DNA from: the human T2T-CHM13v2.0 reference genome, Homo sapiens
Direction: 5' to 3' (one strand)
Assembly: GCF_009914755.1 (NCBI RefSeq)
Contig: NC_060928.1
DNA length: 64,000 bases
Shown here: one piece after another, positions 1-20,611 of the stretch
Layout: every line of letters starts with the position of its first letter
Position numbering within the stretch: the stretch's first letter is position 1
Notes under the pieces: model-generated
Database searches by the model: none
What the model was told of the DNA's origin: nothing
The model's input: only the letters and a program-made list of their open reading frames with translations
Program-made: the position numbers and the translations under genes

Positions 1-749
1 GGTCCAGAATGAAACCTCACAATACTGTGTACCATTACAGTTTAGAAATACATCTAACTCTTGTGTGGATGTTCAGGATGATTTTGTTAGCAACCTTTAA
101 ACATATTAATGAAATAATGTGTAATCATAAAAGTAACTCATTTAATCAAGGGTAGTAAGATTGAGAATTAACAGTTATCCACAAAAAACTAAAATAAAGG
201 CTTTTTAAAAATTCTTAATGAAGCTGTATCTCTTTTCCTTTCACAGATTATTGATACTCTTAGATTCAGACATTTTATGTTTTTCAAAAGACACCTAGTT
301 TTAAGCCCAGAAATAGTATATATGTGTGTAAGAATAGAAGCATTGGAACAAGACAACTTGGGTTCATATTCCTGGTTCTAGACTTACAAACTTTGTGAAC
401 TTGGGCAAATTTCTAATTTCTCTCTGCCTCAGTTTCCTTACCCAAAATAGAGACAGTAATTGTACCTCAAAGAAGTAAATGAGTAAGACAACTGGCAAAT
501 AGTGACCATTCAGTTACCTTTAGCTCTTATTATTTTAATGGCAGATCTCTTTCTTTTTTTATACTTGTTTTAGGGGCTATACAAGGAGTTTTAAAATACA
601 ACATGCATCTCCAGTGTCAAGAAAAATCACATCTAGTTTTTAATCATAAAAATACCATTGTATACTATATATCTACATATCTATGCTCTTTTTAAATATA
701 TCTTAACATTTTTATATAGATCAATTTTTATTTTTATTGGGCAATTTGA

Positions 750-977
<228 letters not shown>

Positions 978-1019
978 TAAAAATCTTATTTTAAAACTGA
1001 ATTTTATAACTTTAATTTC

Positions 1020-1195
1020 TGTATATGTTAAATAATATATATTAAAAATACATAAATATATAAGTTAAATATATATACCTATATCTAATATAGAAATATA
1101 TAAATTACATATATTTCTGTATATGTATAAATATATAAATTATATATAATTTCTATATATAGTTTATATATAGAAATTAAATTATATTAAAGTTA
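1020..1195. repeat. AT-rich / (TA)n low-complexity tract
   Basis: Near-exclusive A/T with TATA periodicity. Confidence 0.8.
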
Positions 1196-1207
1196 TTTTT
1201 AATAACT

Positions 1208-1480
1208 TTATTTTGAAGAGGTGAGAGTTCACTCTTGTCCAGCCTAGAGTGCAGTGACACAATCATAGCTCTCTGCAGTCTTGAACTCCTGGGTTCAAGC
1301 TCTCCTCACGTCTTAGCCTCCTGAGTAGCTAGGACTACAGGCACATGCCACCACACCTGGCTAAATTTTAAAAAGTTATTTGTAGAGATAGGGTCTTGCC
1401 ATGTTGCTCAGAGTGGTCTTGAACTGCTGGCCTCAAACGATCCTCTTACCTCAGCCTCCCAAAGTGCTGGGATTACAGGG
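1208..1480 (-). mobile_element. Alu (AluJ-like, diverged)
   Basis: Reverse-complement Alu arms ending cccaaagtgctgggattacagg. Confidence 0.85.
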
Positions 1481-2397
1481 GTACCCAGACCTATTATATT
1501 TTATATATTTATTAATATGAGTTCTTTAATACACCTATACTAAATCTAAATATGCAAAATATCCTGGTTTGTTCTTAATTCTAACCTGGGATACTTGTAT
1601 ATATGTGTTTCGATGTTTTAACTTACTTACAGATATAATTCACTCATGGCACATTCAAGTAATAAGGAAGTTTATAAAATTAAGTGAAGGGACTCCTTTT
1701 CTGGCAATCCCTGACCTTCCCCCTCTTTACTTAGTATTTCCATTTCCACATTATAAGCATGTCTCTTTATGGTTCTATGCTTTTTTCTTTATGGACAGAG
1801 CATAATTTAACTGATAGTGATAGACTTTACAGGCTGATTTAAGATTTTTGCTTCAGCAACATCTTTTTTCACACATACCTTTATACGTTTTTGCCTAGAG
1901 CCATAGCATAAAATTCCTTCAGAGGAATTTCTGGGTCAGGATATGTTTACTTTTAATTTTGACAGATGTGGCTCAGTTGCCCTCTTGAAAGACTGAACTA
2001 GTCTGCACTCCCACCAACAATGATTGGATGTCTGTTTGTTCACACTCTCAGCAACAATTGGTTTAACAAACTTTTAAATCTTTACCAATATAAGAAGTGG
2101 AAAATATTTTTATGATTTTTGTTATGAGTGAGATAGAGTGCTTATTTTTTTAAAAACTGCCTCAATTATGATCTACCTTAGAGATCATTTTTTGAAGTTT
2201 CTTTTACAAATACCCCTCATTAAGCATACACAAGGACTGGAAAATCACTTTTTAATCTCAAAGCAGTATGTGATATGTACTTGTAATTACTATTTACCTA
2301 AAACTCTTTAACATTTTATCTCTAACAGGTATTTGCCTTGTGACTACAAGGTGGCTCTGAGGAGTAATTCATGTGTATCTTTAATTTTTTTTTTTAA

Positions 2398-3138
<741 letters not shown>

Positions 3139-3454
3139 TAATGTAAAAGTTGAGTGAATCATTTTTCCATCACTCTTCTTTTTTGTTAATTGCATGAAGT
3201 AATTTTTGAAGTTTGGGGTCAATTAAATAGAACAGAAACAGCATGAGCTGTTTTAAAGAGCTTTAAAAAGTTTGTTTCTTTTAAACACAAGTATGTTTCT
3301 GTAAAGAAACCTAGGATATTGTAGTTTATTTGATATTTTAGATTTCCATTTTGAATAGTTATTTCCTGATTCCAAAAATAGCAGCTTTTTATTTTTAGAA
3401 AATTTGGAAAGTACAGAAGTTTATTATCATTGTTGTGTCACTGTCAACAATTGA

Positions 3455-3811
<357 letters not shown>

Positions 3812-4128
3812 TAATTCTTCAATCTATATAATGTTTATAATCCCATCTCTAACATTTGTAACTCAGAACTGAAGCTAGTTTTTACTGTCACACTCATTCT
3901 CATGGAAGAGATATTTTCCCTTTAGCAAATATAAAAAAAATCAGCCAAATAACTTTGTGTTCGATTAATTCTAAATACATTTATTATATTACTGTTTAAT
4001 CCTTCTAACAATGTGTTTGTTTGATATTAGCTGATATTTGACCACATTTGTTATTAAAAGGTAGATTTGCAAAAATCAACTGCTCATGTTTTATGAAAAT
4101 GCTTGTTTCAATAAAGACTTAAGGAAAG

Positions 4129-4433
4129 GGCCAGGTGTAGTGTTTACACACCTGTAATCACAGCACCTTGGGAGGCTGAGGCAGGAGGATTGCTTGAGCC
4201 CAGGAGTTCAATACTAGCCTGAGCAACATGGAAAGATCTCATCATCTCTAGGAAACAGTTTTAAAATATTAGCCAGGTATTGTGGCATATGCCTGTGGTC
4301 CCAGCTACTTGGGAGGCTGAGGTGGGAGGATTTTTGAGCCCAGGAGGTCGAGGCTGCAGTGAACCATGTTTGTACCACTGCACTCCATCCTGGGCAAAAG
4401 AGCAAAAGGTCCTGGCTCAAAAAAAAAAAAAAA
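4129..4433 (+). mobile_element. Alu (AluJ-like)
   Basis: Dimer with an A tail and aaagactt on both flanks. Confidence 0.9.
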
Positions 4434-4700
4434 GACTTGACAAGGTAATTTTATAATTCTTCTTGGAATGGAGTAGCCTAGGGTAGTAGAAAGATCAGGA
4501 CTTTATAACCAGATAGACTTAGATTTTAATTATTGGGCAAATTAATTTGACTTTTACAGTCTTTATCTTCTGTAAAATGAAGATAACAACTACTTTTAAG
4601 TATTAAATAATGTACATTAAGCCCTAGAACAGCACATGGCATATAATAAATGTTTAACAAATGTTGTTTTTTTTTTAGACTAAACAAAGGCAGTCCATAA

Positions 4701-4826
<126 letters not shown>

Positions 4827-5418
4827 TGAATATAATAGTTGCTGTAAAAAATGAATTATAGTAATTTATTGTTTGCTATTATGTATCTGAGAGAAAATCC
4901 TATATGACTATAAAAATTATTTTTAAATAACCCTAAAATATCAATAAACAAGTTTTATTAAGTTAATATATGTTTTAATGAAGTACATGTGGAAAGAAGG
5001 AAATCAGCATTCTTTTTTGTATTGTATTGTCATACAAAAGAAAGCATGCTATACTTTCCACATTGACTTCACAAAGTGTTAATAATGGTTTTGTATCTTA
5101 CTTTTTATTTGATTGGATAACTATTGCTTTTGAAGTTTGCAGCCTTTTTTTTTTTTCTTGGTCCTCTTGTTTTATTTTTTTATTATTATTTTTTATTTAT
5201 TTATTTATTTTTTTATTATACTTTAAGTTTTAGGGTACATGTGCACATTGTGCAGGTTAGTTACATATGTATACATGTGCCATGCTGGTGCGCTGCACCA
5301 CTAACTCGTCATCTAGCATTAGGTATATCTCCCAGTGCTATCCCTCCCCCCTCCCCCCACCCCACCGCAGTCCCCAGAGTGTGATATTCCCTTTCCTGTG
5401 TCCATGTGATCTCATTGT

Positions 5419-9272
<3,854 letters not shown>

Positions 9273-9308
9273 TTAGTTGATGCAGTTTCTTCCTAGTCTC
9301 GATGGTCT

Positions 9309-10325
9309 TTACATTTTGGCATGATTTTGCAGCGGCTGGTACCGGTTGTTCCTTTCCATGTTTAGCGCTTCCTTCAGGAGCTCTTTTAGGGCAGGCCTAG
9401 TGGTGACAAAATCGGTCAGCATTTGCTTGTCTGTGAAGTATTTTATTTCTCCTTCACTTATGAAGCTTAGTTTGGCTGGATATGAAATTCTGGGTTGAAA
9501 ATTCTTTTCTTTAAGAATGTTGAATATTGGCCCCCACTCTCTTCTGGCTTGTAGGGTTTCTGCCGAGAGATCCACTGTTAGTCTGATGGGCTTCCCTTTG
9601 AGAGTAACCCGACCTTTCTCTCTGGCTGCCCTTAACATTTTTTCCTTCATTTCAACTTTGGTGAATCTGACAATTATGTGTCTTGGAGTTGCTCTTCTTG
9701 AGGAGTATCTTTGTGGCGTTCTCTGTATTTCCTGAATCTGAACGTTGGCCTGCCTTGCTAGATTGGGGAAGTTCTCCTGGATAATATCCTGCAGAGTGTT
9801 TTCCAACTCGGTTCCATTCTCCCCATCACTTTCAGGTACACCAATCAGACGTAGATTTGGTCTTTTCACATAGTCCCATATTTCTTGGAGGCTTTGCTCA
9901 TTTCTTTTTATTCTTTTTTCTCTAACCTTCCCTTCTCGCTTCATTTCATTCATTTCATCTTCCATTGCTGATACCCTTTCTTCCAGTTGATCGCATCGGC
10001 TCCTGAGGCTTCTGCATTCTTCACGTAGTTCTCGAGCCTTGGTTTTCAGCTCCATCAGCTCCTTTAAGCACTTCTCTGTATTGGTTATTCTAGTTATACA
10101 TTCTTCTAAACTTTTTTCAAAGTTTTCAACTTCTTTGCCTTTGGTTTGAATGTCCTCCCGTAGCTCAGAGTAATTTGATCGTCTGAAGCCTTCTTCTCTC
10201 AGCTCGTCAAAGTCATTCTCCATCCAGCTTTGTTCTGTTGCTGGTGAGGAACTGCGTTCCTTTGAAGGAGGAGAGGCGCTCTGCGTTTTAGAGTTTCCAG
10301 TTTTTCTGTTCTGTTTTTTCCCCAT
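9309..10325 (-). CDS. L1 ORF1p, intact 338 aa
   Basis: MGKKQNRKTGNSK...QPLQNHAKM, the full canonical length with no stops. Confidence 0.95.
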   Translation of the reverse strand: MGKKQNRKTGNSKTQSASPPSKERSSSPATEQSWMENDFDELREEGFRRSNYSELREDIQTKGKEVENFEKSLEECITRITNTEKCLKELMELKTKARELREECRSLRSRCDQLEERVSAMEDEMNEMKREGKVREKRIKRNEQSLQEIWDYVKRPNLRLIGVPESDGENGTELENTLQDIIQENFPNLARQANVQIQEIQRTPQRYSSRRATPRHIIVRFTKVEMKEKMLRAAREKGRVTLKGKPIRLTVDLSAETLQARREWGPIFNILKEKNFQPRISYPAKLSFISEGEIKYFTDKQMLTDFVTTRPALKELLKEALNMERNNRYQPLQNHAKM

Positions 10326-10780
10326 CTTTGTGGTTTTATCTACTTTTGGTCTTTGATGATGGTGATGTACAGATGGGTTTTCGGTGTGGATGTCCTTTCT
10401 GTTTGTTAGTTTTCCTTCTAACAGACAGGACCCTCAGCTGCATGTCTGTTGGAGTACCCTGCCGTGTGAGGTGTCAGTGTGCCCCTGCTGGGGGGTGCCT
10501 CCCAGTTAGGCTGCTCGGGGGTCAGGGGTCAGGGACCCACTTGAGGAGGCAGTCTGCCGGTTCTCAGATCTCCAGCTGCGTGCTGGGAGAACCACTGCTC
10601 TCTTCAAAGCTGTCAGACAGGGACACTTAAGTCTGCAGAGGTTACTGCTGTCTTTTTGTTTGTCTGTGCCCTGCCCCCAGAGGTGGAGCCTACAGAGGCA
10701 GGCAGGCCTCCTTGAGCTGTGGTGGGCTCCACCCAGTTCGAGCTTCCTGGCTGCTTTGTTTACCTAAGCGAGCCTGGGCA

Positions 10781-10996
10781 ATGGCGGTCGCCCCTCCCCC
10801 AGCCTCGCTGTCGCCTTGCAGTTTGATCTCAGACTGCTGTGCTAGCAGTCAGCGAGATTCCATGGGCGTAGGACCCTCTGAGCCAGGTGTGGGATATAAT
10901 CTCGTGGTTCGCCGCTTTTTAAGCCGGTCCGAAAAGCGCAATATTCGGGTGGGAGTGACCCGATTTTCCAGGTGCGTCCGTCACCCCTTTCTTTGA
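10781..10996 (+). CDS. L1 ORF0, intact 71 aa (antisense ORF of the L1 5'UTR)
   Basis: GGGCAATGG start, 216 nt: MAVAPPPASLSPCSLISDCCASSQRDSMGVGPSEPGVGYNLVVRRFLSRSEKRNIRVGVTRFSRCVRHPFL*. Matches primate ORF0 in length and sequence. Expression is not shown by the sequence. Confidence 0.8.
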   Translation: MAVAPPPASLSPCSLISDCCASSQRDSMGVGPSEPGVGYNLVVRRFLSRSEKRNIRVGVTRFSRCVRHPFL

Positions 10997-12899
10997 CTCG
11001 GAAAGGGGACTCCCTGACCCCTCGTGCTTCCCAGGTGAGGCAATGCCTCGCCCTGCTTTGGCTCGCACACGGTGCGCACACCCACTGGCCTGCGCCCACT
11101 GTCTGGTACTCCCTAGTGAGATGAACCCGGTACCTCAGATGGAAATGCAGAAATCACCCGTCTTCTGCGTCGCTCACGCTGGGAGCTGTAGACTGGAGCT
11201 GTTCCTATTCGGCCATCTTGGCTCCTCCCCCGTTTGCAGCCTTTTTTCATGTGCTGTTTGGATATGTCTCTTATTAAAGATAGCATTAGATTGCTTCCTT
11301 TTTTGATTTAGATGATGAAGTCTTTCAATGTTTTTTTTTTTTTGGTAGCAGTTTGCATTTTAAGTGTCCACATTAGGGACCCTTGAACACATTGCTTTTG
11401 ATACTAGCCCTTAAAACTGTGATTTGAGACCCAGATAGGCAGGAGTATCTGTCTATGGTGGCTTGTTAACACTTTACTTTTACTTAACAGAAGGTATATT
11501 TCTATATTTGCAAAGAAAAATGTCATATTCTGATAGCTTAGAAACTGGCTGTAGACTGTTGGTCTTTCTGACTTTATTTACCTCCTACCTTTTATGTCTA
11601 TGGGAAATAGGCATAAAAAGAGAATGGTCCATTGAGGTAAGCGTAAAGAAAATAAGAATGGTCCTGTTACTGATAAGTTTATGAGTAATGATGAGGGAAG
11701 TTGAGAGCATTCATACTTGAAGGCTTTTAAAAGATGGGAAAGCTATGAGAAAAGGGGAAACTCTATCAGGATAGGTAGGTTTTAGATTATGCAATGGTAG
11801 TATCTTCAAAATCTCAAGGTGTTAACTCAAGTTTGTTTCTTGCTGACAATACAAGTCCAGAGGTGGTCAGTGTAGTCTCTTCTTAGGAGTCACTCAGGAT
11901 CCCAGGCTAAGGGGATATGGGTGAGGAGGACATAAAGGAAGATATATTGTGGAGAATCACGTGCCAACTCTTAAAACTTCAAACCCGAAGTGACACATGC
12001 ACTTCCACTTCTGTATCATTGACCAGAGCTAGTCTTCTAACCAGGCCTGATTTCAGAGAAGGTAGAAAAGTGCAATTTTACAGGTGCTTGGAATTGAATG
12101 GAAGTATGTGTGAACAACTCTAATGACTGCCATAGTAGTTAAGAACAGATAGAAAGATTGATAAAGAGCCTTCTGGAAAAGTTCAATTTGGCACCAATAA
12201 CTATGCAATGGTGTGGGATTATTATAGGCGATTTGTTAGCAACACATAACAGCCCAGAAGCAAAGAAAGTTAGATATTTGAACGTATACAGGATTCAGGG
12301 TTCCTATTGGGAGTACATACCTGAAGAATTTGGGCGAGAGAAGTCAAGGAAGATGATTAGCAAAGGGATTATTATGTTGCAATCAAAGACAATGTTTTCA
12401 AATTTTATAATTCAGAGGAGTAGAAGGGATATAATTTTTCACAATATAAAAGAGCAATGAACAGCAAATTTTAAAGTTTTTTAGTCTTTGTTATGCTTAA
12501 GGCTTTTGTGGGGATTATTTTTCAATTTGCAGACAAAGAATGTGATTAAATGTTAAATTATTTTGTTTTCATCAAATGGTATACTATCAGAAGGAAACAC
12601 TTATATTAAGGAAATAACCTTCCTTTCCCATATTAGAATGTCTCGCCTGATAAAATCTGATAAGTTTGGTAACCAAGTATTACAGGAAACAGTAAAGGGT
12701 TGGCCAGAAATCATAGCAAAAGTCAGTGAGATTGAACAATAACTGCAAGTTCAGTACTTGTTACAAAATGATGCTTGCTTCCTGATAGTTATAAAAACAC
12801 AAGATCGTAGAGATTTTGATGGTCAGAAGTGCATTGCTGTAAGAACTTTGCAGGAGGTTTCCTCATTTAATATGAAAGTGTGTGTGTGATGCACTTAAA

Positions 12900-13620
12900 A
12901 ATGCTTTTTTGTGGTAAAATATGTATAGCCAAATTTGCCATTCTAACTATTTTTAAGTGTACAGTTCAGTGGCATTAAGTATATTCACACTGTTGTGCAA
13001 CGATTACTACCATCCATCTCCAGAACTTTTCTATCTTCTCAAACTGAAGTTCTCTACCCATTAAACAGCTCCCCATTCTCCCCTCCTCCCAGCCCTTGGC
13101 AATCACCATTCTACTTTTTGTCTCTGTGAATTGGACTATTTTAGGTACCTCATATAGGTGGAACCATATGATATTTGTCCTCTTGTGTGTGAGTTATTTC
13201 ACTTAGCATGATGACTTCAGGGTTCCTCCATGTTGTAGATGTATCAGAATCTCATTCCTTTTTAAGACTGAGTAACATTCTATTGTATTATATACCACAT
13301 CTTGTTTATGCTTTCATCTGTAAGTGGACATGTGGGTTGTTATTATCCTTTGGCTATTGTGAATAATGCTGCAATGAATATTAGTGTGCAAATGTCTGTT
13401 TGAGTTCCTACTTTGAAATCTTTTGAATATATACCCAAAAGTGCAGTTGCTGGGTCCTGTGGTGGTTATATGTTTAATGTTTTCAAGAACTGCTGTACTA
13501 TTTTTACAGCAGCTGCACCATTTTACATTCCCACCAGCAGTGCATAAGGACTCCAGTCTCTCCATATCCTCACTAGCACTTGTTATTTTCTGTTTTAATA
13601 GGTATCATATTGTGGTTTTG
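12900..13620 (-). mobile_element. Old L1 (L1MB-like) 3' end
   Basis: Diverged L1 3'UTR and ORF2 C-terminal similarity (ORF 13314-13565 has LCTAGGNVKWCS). Confidence 0.75.
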
Positions 13621-14140
13621 TGTAACCCACTCTTTATTTAACTAAATAAATTATACTATTTTAAAGTTATTTCTGATTTCATAAACTTTCTACTTCAAAG
13701 CCTACTACGGTTCTCTAAGCCAGTCTTTGACTTCAGAACATCTGTTTGTGTTGTTCCTTGTGGTATTATGTATTCCCTTCCCCCAGTCTGGGACTGAGAA
13801 TATGTGGAAAAGTGATATAGGAATTTTTTTCCCAAATTAAAAACTTGCTGTGCATGGTTTTTTCCCCCAATAAGGGACAATTTATTATAATTTTGTGACT
13901 ATATATGATTTTCTTGGTCATTCCTATTTCTTATTTATAAAATGAGGGCACACTTACATTACTGACCTATAGAATCATTTTATATCAATAGCTAAAAGAC
14001 TTAAAATTTAAAGAGCCTTAGAAATTTCTTACTTTCATATTTTCTTGACATTTTGTCAATTTTTAATATTAGTCTATGCAAGTATATTTAATGGTAGAGG
14101 ACCAAAATCTATAATAATGCCACCGTTATTTCTTTTTTTA

Positions 14141-14356
14141 TTCCATTAATAGAGATATTATATAGGCTTGTCTGCCTATGTCATGATGAATTCTGCTGCA
14201 AAAATTCATCCCTACACTGCCTAAAGTTGTTATATTTGGGAACATTGTTTAAATTGCCACAATGCCATTTGTAATGTTTTAGCCCCTGTTTTAAAATGGA
14301 ATTGTAGTGGAGGGATTTCACACGCCTTAAATTATATTCAAGACAGAAGAAATGAT
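14141..14356 (+). repeat. 216-bp direct repeat, copy A
   Basis: Ungapped match to 15471-15686, 13 mismatches by manual count. Confidence 0.95.
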
Positions 14357-15470
14357 ATGTTTAAAACATTGTCAGGAGAAAGCATCACATATTTGAAGAA
14401 CACAAGTAGTTTGGTATATGCAGGGCAGAAGTGCATGCATGGAATTATGGGATAATGGCAACAGGGATAGAAGCGAAATTATGCTGAAAATTTGTGCTAT
14501 TTTTTAATCATAGAGGAAATGGAGAGGCACCAAAGGATAAGAAAAATGGTATACTGTAATTTGCATTTTGGAAAAGACTGTGGTGGTGGTAGTATAGAGG
14601 ATAAATTTGGGACAGTGGGAGAAAAATTAGTTAGATGATGATTGTAATAGCCTAGGAGAGAAAAGTTGGGGGCAGTACCAATGTCAAGAAATATTTGAGA
14701 GATGATAAGCGTATGTGGGCAGGATAATTAGTTAGCTTTTGTGACACGTACCAAATGAGAGAAAGGGAAGCAGGGATAGATGTATTTGGGATGTATACAA
14801 CTAGATTTACTATTTAGCAAAATGGGGAATATAGGAAGAAGGAACAGATTTTGGGGGTGGAAGGATGCCAAGTTTATATTTTAATTTGTTGAGTTTATCA
14901 TCTAGGTAAACAGCATTATTAGGCAGTTAGGAATATAAGTCTAAAACTCAGGAAATATTATATATTTAATAACCATCCACCTATATAGGAATTGAATGCC
15001 ACAGACACAGACAGGATCCTTCAGGAAAATTGGAGATCGAAGGGCAAGAAATAGACAAAGTAAGGAACATTGGCTTTGCTGAGGAAGAGAAGTGAGCTAA
15101 AGCTAGAGAGAAGGAGCAACTGTAGAAAGGAATGAGAAGGGGGAGCTGGAAAGATATGAGAAAATATTGGAGATGGGGTTATCAAAGGAAAAACAGAGAA
15201 GTGTAGATCTTTCAGGGGAAGAGTGTCCATAGATTAAGCAGAATAAGGATTAAAAAGTGCCAGTTTGATTTAGCATTTATTAGTGGTATAGTAAAAGCAG
15301 TGTTTGAGGAACATTAGACATAGACGCAAGATTGAAGTAGAATTGAGGTATTTAGAAGTAAAGGGCCATGTTTGTAACTTAATCTCAAATGGTCCAGAAA
15401 AAAAAAAACCGTATTATTAAAATGTTAATAATAGCTGAATCTGGAGAAAGGGTATAATATACTGCTTTTT

Positions 15471-15686
15471 TTCCATTAATAGAGATATTATATAGGCTTG
15501 TCTGCCTATGTCATGATGAATTCTGCTGCAAATATCCATCCCTAAACTGCCTAAAGCCATTATATTTGGGAACATTGTTTAAATTGCCACAATGCCATTT
15601 GGAATGTTTTAGCCCCCTTTTTAAAATGGAATTGTAGCGGAGGGATTTCACATGCCTTAAATTACATTCGAGACAGAAGAAATGAT
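15471..15686 (+). repeat. 216-bp direct repeat, copy B
   Basis: Ungapped match to 14141-14356 at an offset of 1330 bp. Confidence 0.95.
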
Positions 15687-18600
15687 TTCTTCTTATAAAA
15701 AGTATGTTTTATACTTTTTAAATCTTTCAACTTTTCTGAATTTTGAAAATTTATTTCCAAGTAAAAAGTTAAAAGATTACAGTAGACTAATGGTTGCACA
15801 GCAGTGTGAATGTACTTAATGCCACTGAACTGTACACTTAAAAATAGTTAGAATAATAAATTTTGTTATGTATATTTTACCACAATAAAAAACCCTTGAA
15901 GTACATTATGTACTTTTTCATATTAACTGAGGACACCTATTGCAAAGTTCTTAGAGCAATGTGCTTTTGACCATGAAAATCTCTAAGACTTTATGTTTTT
16001 ACAGCAGGAAGCAAGAGAAGTAAAGAAATGAATTTTTGTCTGTCTTTCCAAACGTTTGCTGTGAATAGCATACCTAGAGGAGAAAATGAAACTAAATGCT
16101 TAGTTTGCGTTTTGTTTTGTTTGTTTTCAAGTGGACATGCTTGGTATTTATATTGCAGAAGATAAGGAACTAATGTTGTACAGAGGGAGAGAAAGGCATG
16201 AAGAATAGAACAGAACAGTAATTGATGGAGTAAGACCCTTTAGGCAGAGTGAGAAGGAAACAAGGTAAAGACAGAATTTGAATGAAAAGGATGGCAGCTT
16301 TTCTGTGATGAAGGAGAGAAAGATGAGAGCAGATACTGATTAGTGTGTATTTGTGTTAGGTAGAACAGTTGAAGTGTTTATACCTAATGGACTTTCTTTT
16401 TTTTATGAGGTACGGTTATCTACTGAGGTAAGTACATAGTAGGTTAGGATATTTATAGATCATATGTAACAGATCACAAAAGAATTATTAGGTCTTTCAA
16501 GAACTTTTGCCATTTGCTTCCGGAGTCTGCAATACTTGGCTTAATCTCAGTTGATCCTAGAAGTCAGGATTAGTTAATGCTGAGAGTCATGATCTGGGAC
16601 ATAACAAATAAGAGTGAAAGAAGTTAATCAGTGGTTTAAAAATCTGTTAAGTCCCTTATTTCTTCTTGTACAAATAGTCTGTACCTCCACTTTCTTAAGT
16701 GAAATATACTGTCCTTAATGTTGTTACATCCTAGAATTAAGTCAATAAAAAATTTTGTCAGAAGTGTTTATACATATACATAAGTTTTCTCTAAGATGTT
16801 TTTGGCAAACTACCAAGTTTGTTCATTTAAGATAAATACATTAGAAAGTATATTTAGAGAAGTACTTTTGTCAGCCGATTTTTTTTCTATGCATTTTAAA
16901 CATTTTTTCTCTAAGAATTTCACAAACTGGTAACACATAATCTCTTCTCTTGCTGTGGCCTACCCAGGACCACCAAATGGCTACCTATGTACTTTTTTAA
17001 AACTAAACTTCTGGGATTGAAATTTACTTTGCAGCAAAATAGCAATATTTGCTTTTCCTTTAAATTATAATCCAAGTGCAAAAAGCATTTATTGACTCCT
17101 GCTTTATTATTTTGTAAAATCCCCAAATTTAGGTTTCAGATAGTATAGATTATTACTACATATTAAAGTATCTCTCTACTCCTTTTAGTATGTAGTAAAT
17201 TTAACCATAAATATTTATTTAGTTAAAGTTTTCTGATTTTTCTAAAATATTCAAATTTATTTCAAATGTATTTTTATTGTAAATTCAGTCATTGATTTGA
17301 TTATTGCTGTTTAATGTTTAGGGTTTGTAAATATATATATATGTCTATTTTAAACATAGGTCTTTTTTTTTAGATGAAATATATATTTTGATTTCTTGAA
17401 TACTCTGCTTTGGGTTTTTTTGTATACAGAATCAAAATGGGCATTATTAAAGTTTCTTGCCTTGATACTGAGTTTTTTTTTTCTGTGTCAAAGCGTTAAA
17501 ATTGGACTTAGATTTGCGAATAACCTGGAGCCAAAATTCCTCACAAAGACACATGGATGTCTATGTCAGCAGAAGAGAAAAATAACATATCTATTTTTAA
17601 GTTAGTTGGAATTCTGAAGTCAAACCACTTGGTTGAATGCCTGCCACAGTGATATTAAAATTTCAAACATGCTCATAAAACCTATGCTGCCTCCTGCTGC
17701 CCATTGTGTGAATAATTTATAAAAGTAAAGAATTACTTAAGAACTAAATATTTACTTGTTTCTTGTTTGTGAATATTAAACTTGAAATTATGAATTGGTG
17801 AATAAATTATGAATTGGCTAATAATATGAAGTTAAAAATCACACTGGGTAGCAAATTACATTTCAACTTAAAAATTAAGCTGTGAACATTGACAAATTAT
17901 TGAAGTTCTTTTTGACATCTTATTTCTTGTCACATCTTTTTTTAATCATAAAATAGCTGTTGAAAAGATTGGCAAAGTTTTCGAGCCTCAGGCAGTGTGT
18001 CAGGCTTACCCACAGTGATTTTCTTAAACATGAAAAATAATATATTCCTTCTAGAGAGACTCTGGGATAAATTTTACTGCTTTTTAAAAGTGTTATGAGT
18101 ATAGCACTTATAGACTTAAGTGGGAGGGAAAGATAAGATTTGTCTCAATTCATACTTAACTTGTCTTGCACCACTGAGTTGGGAACATGATGGGCAGGGT
18201 GGAGGTGACTTAAAAGAAGTAAAACTGTGTTTTTGAGGCAATTGTTTATTCTGCAGACCTTCATTTGAATGTCTTTTGTATGCTAGATACTGTGTTAACT
18301 TCTGGGCAAATTTTTTTTTTTAAAGGCACGTATATAATCAGAGCGCTTACAGCAATTTAGTGGAAGTAAACGTGTTAAATCTTAAATGAATGCCAGATTT
18401 ATAGTTCCTCTCATTCTACCATCTTAAGTTTTTATTATTTACTATATGGAGCGATGTTGGCATAGAGGGTATTAAATTCTCATGTATATTACATGACTCT
18501 TTCTTGGAAATTGCTTCCAAGATTTAACTTGCAGAGCCTGATCATAATCAAATATAGATTATTTTTCCCCTATAGGGCAATACCTAAAAAATATCTAAGA

Positions 18601-19130
18601 TAAAGAACACTTATTGTTTAAAAAATAAAATCACTGCTTTAATAACTTTGTTTTCTTTGCAGTCTTCATAGATTTGGTGTACAGTAAAGTAGAAACAGGA
18701 GAATGAGAGGAAAATGAGATAAATGAACATGATGAAAATGTCAACTAAAAATACGGGAGAATGCAGAAAAACTTACTAGAAATGTTACAGAAGTGTAGAC
18801 GATTAATTGACAGTTCATGCTAATGCCATATATTTTGCTATCTTCTATGGGCATCAGCATGTTATTTGATGTTCACACTAGTGGCCTAGTTTCATCAGAA
18901 GGAGATTTAGTATAATGTCTTTGTATGTTAATGGCATAGTGCAGTGGCATGAGCACTAGCTTTGGAGTGAACCCTGGATTGGTTTAAATGCTCCTACTTA
19001 CCAGATATATAGAATATAGATTAGGTCACTTAACTTCACTGAGCCTAAGTTTCCTCAAGTGTAAAAAGGGGAATTGTTTCACAGAACAGTTGTGACTGAT
19101 GTTTTAAAAGACAACTATTACCAACTAGAA

Positions 19131-20611
<1,481 letters not shown>

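Noticed and set aside
14181-14356. C/D box snoRNA pair in the 216-bp duplication (ATGATGA in both copies)
   Set aside because: No downstream CTGA D box or terminal stem within either copy.
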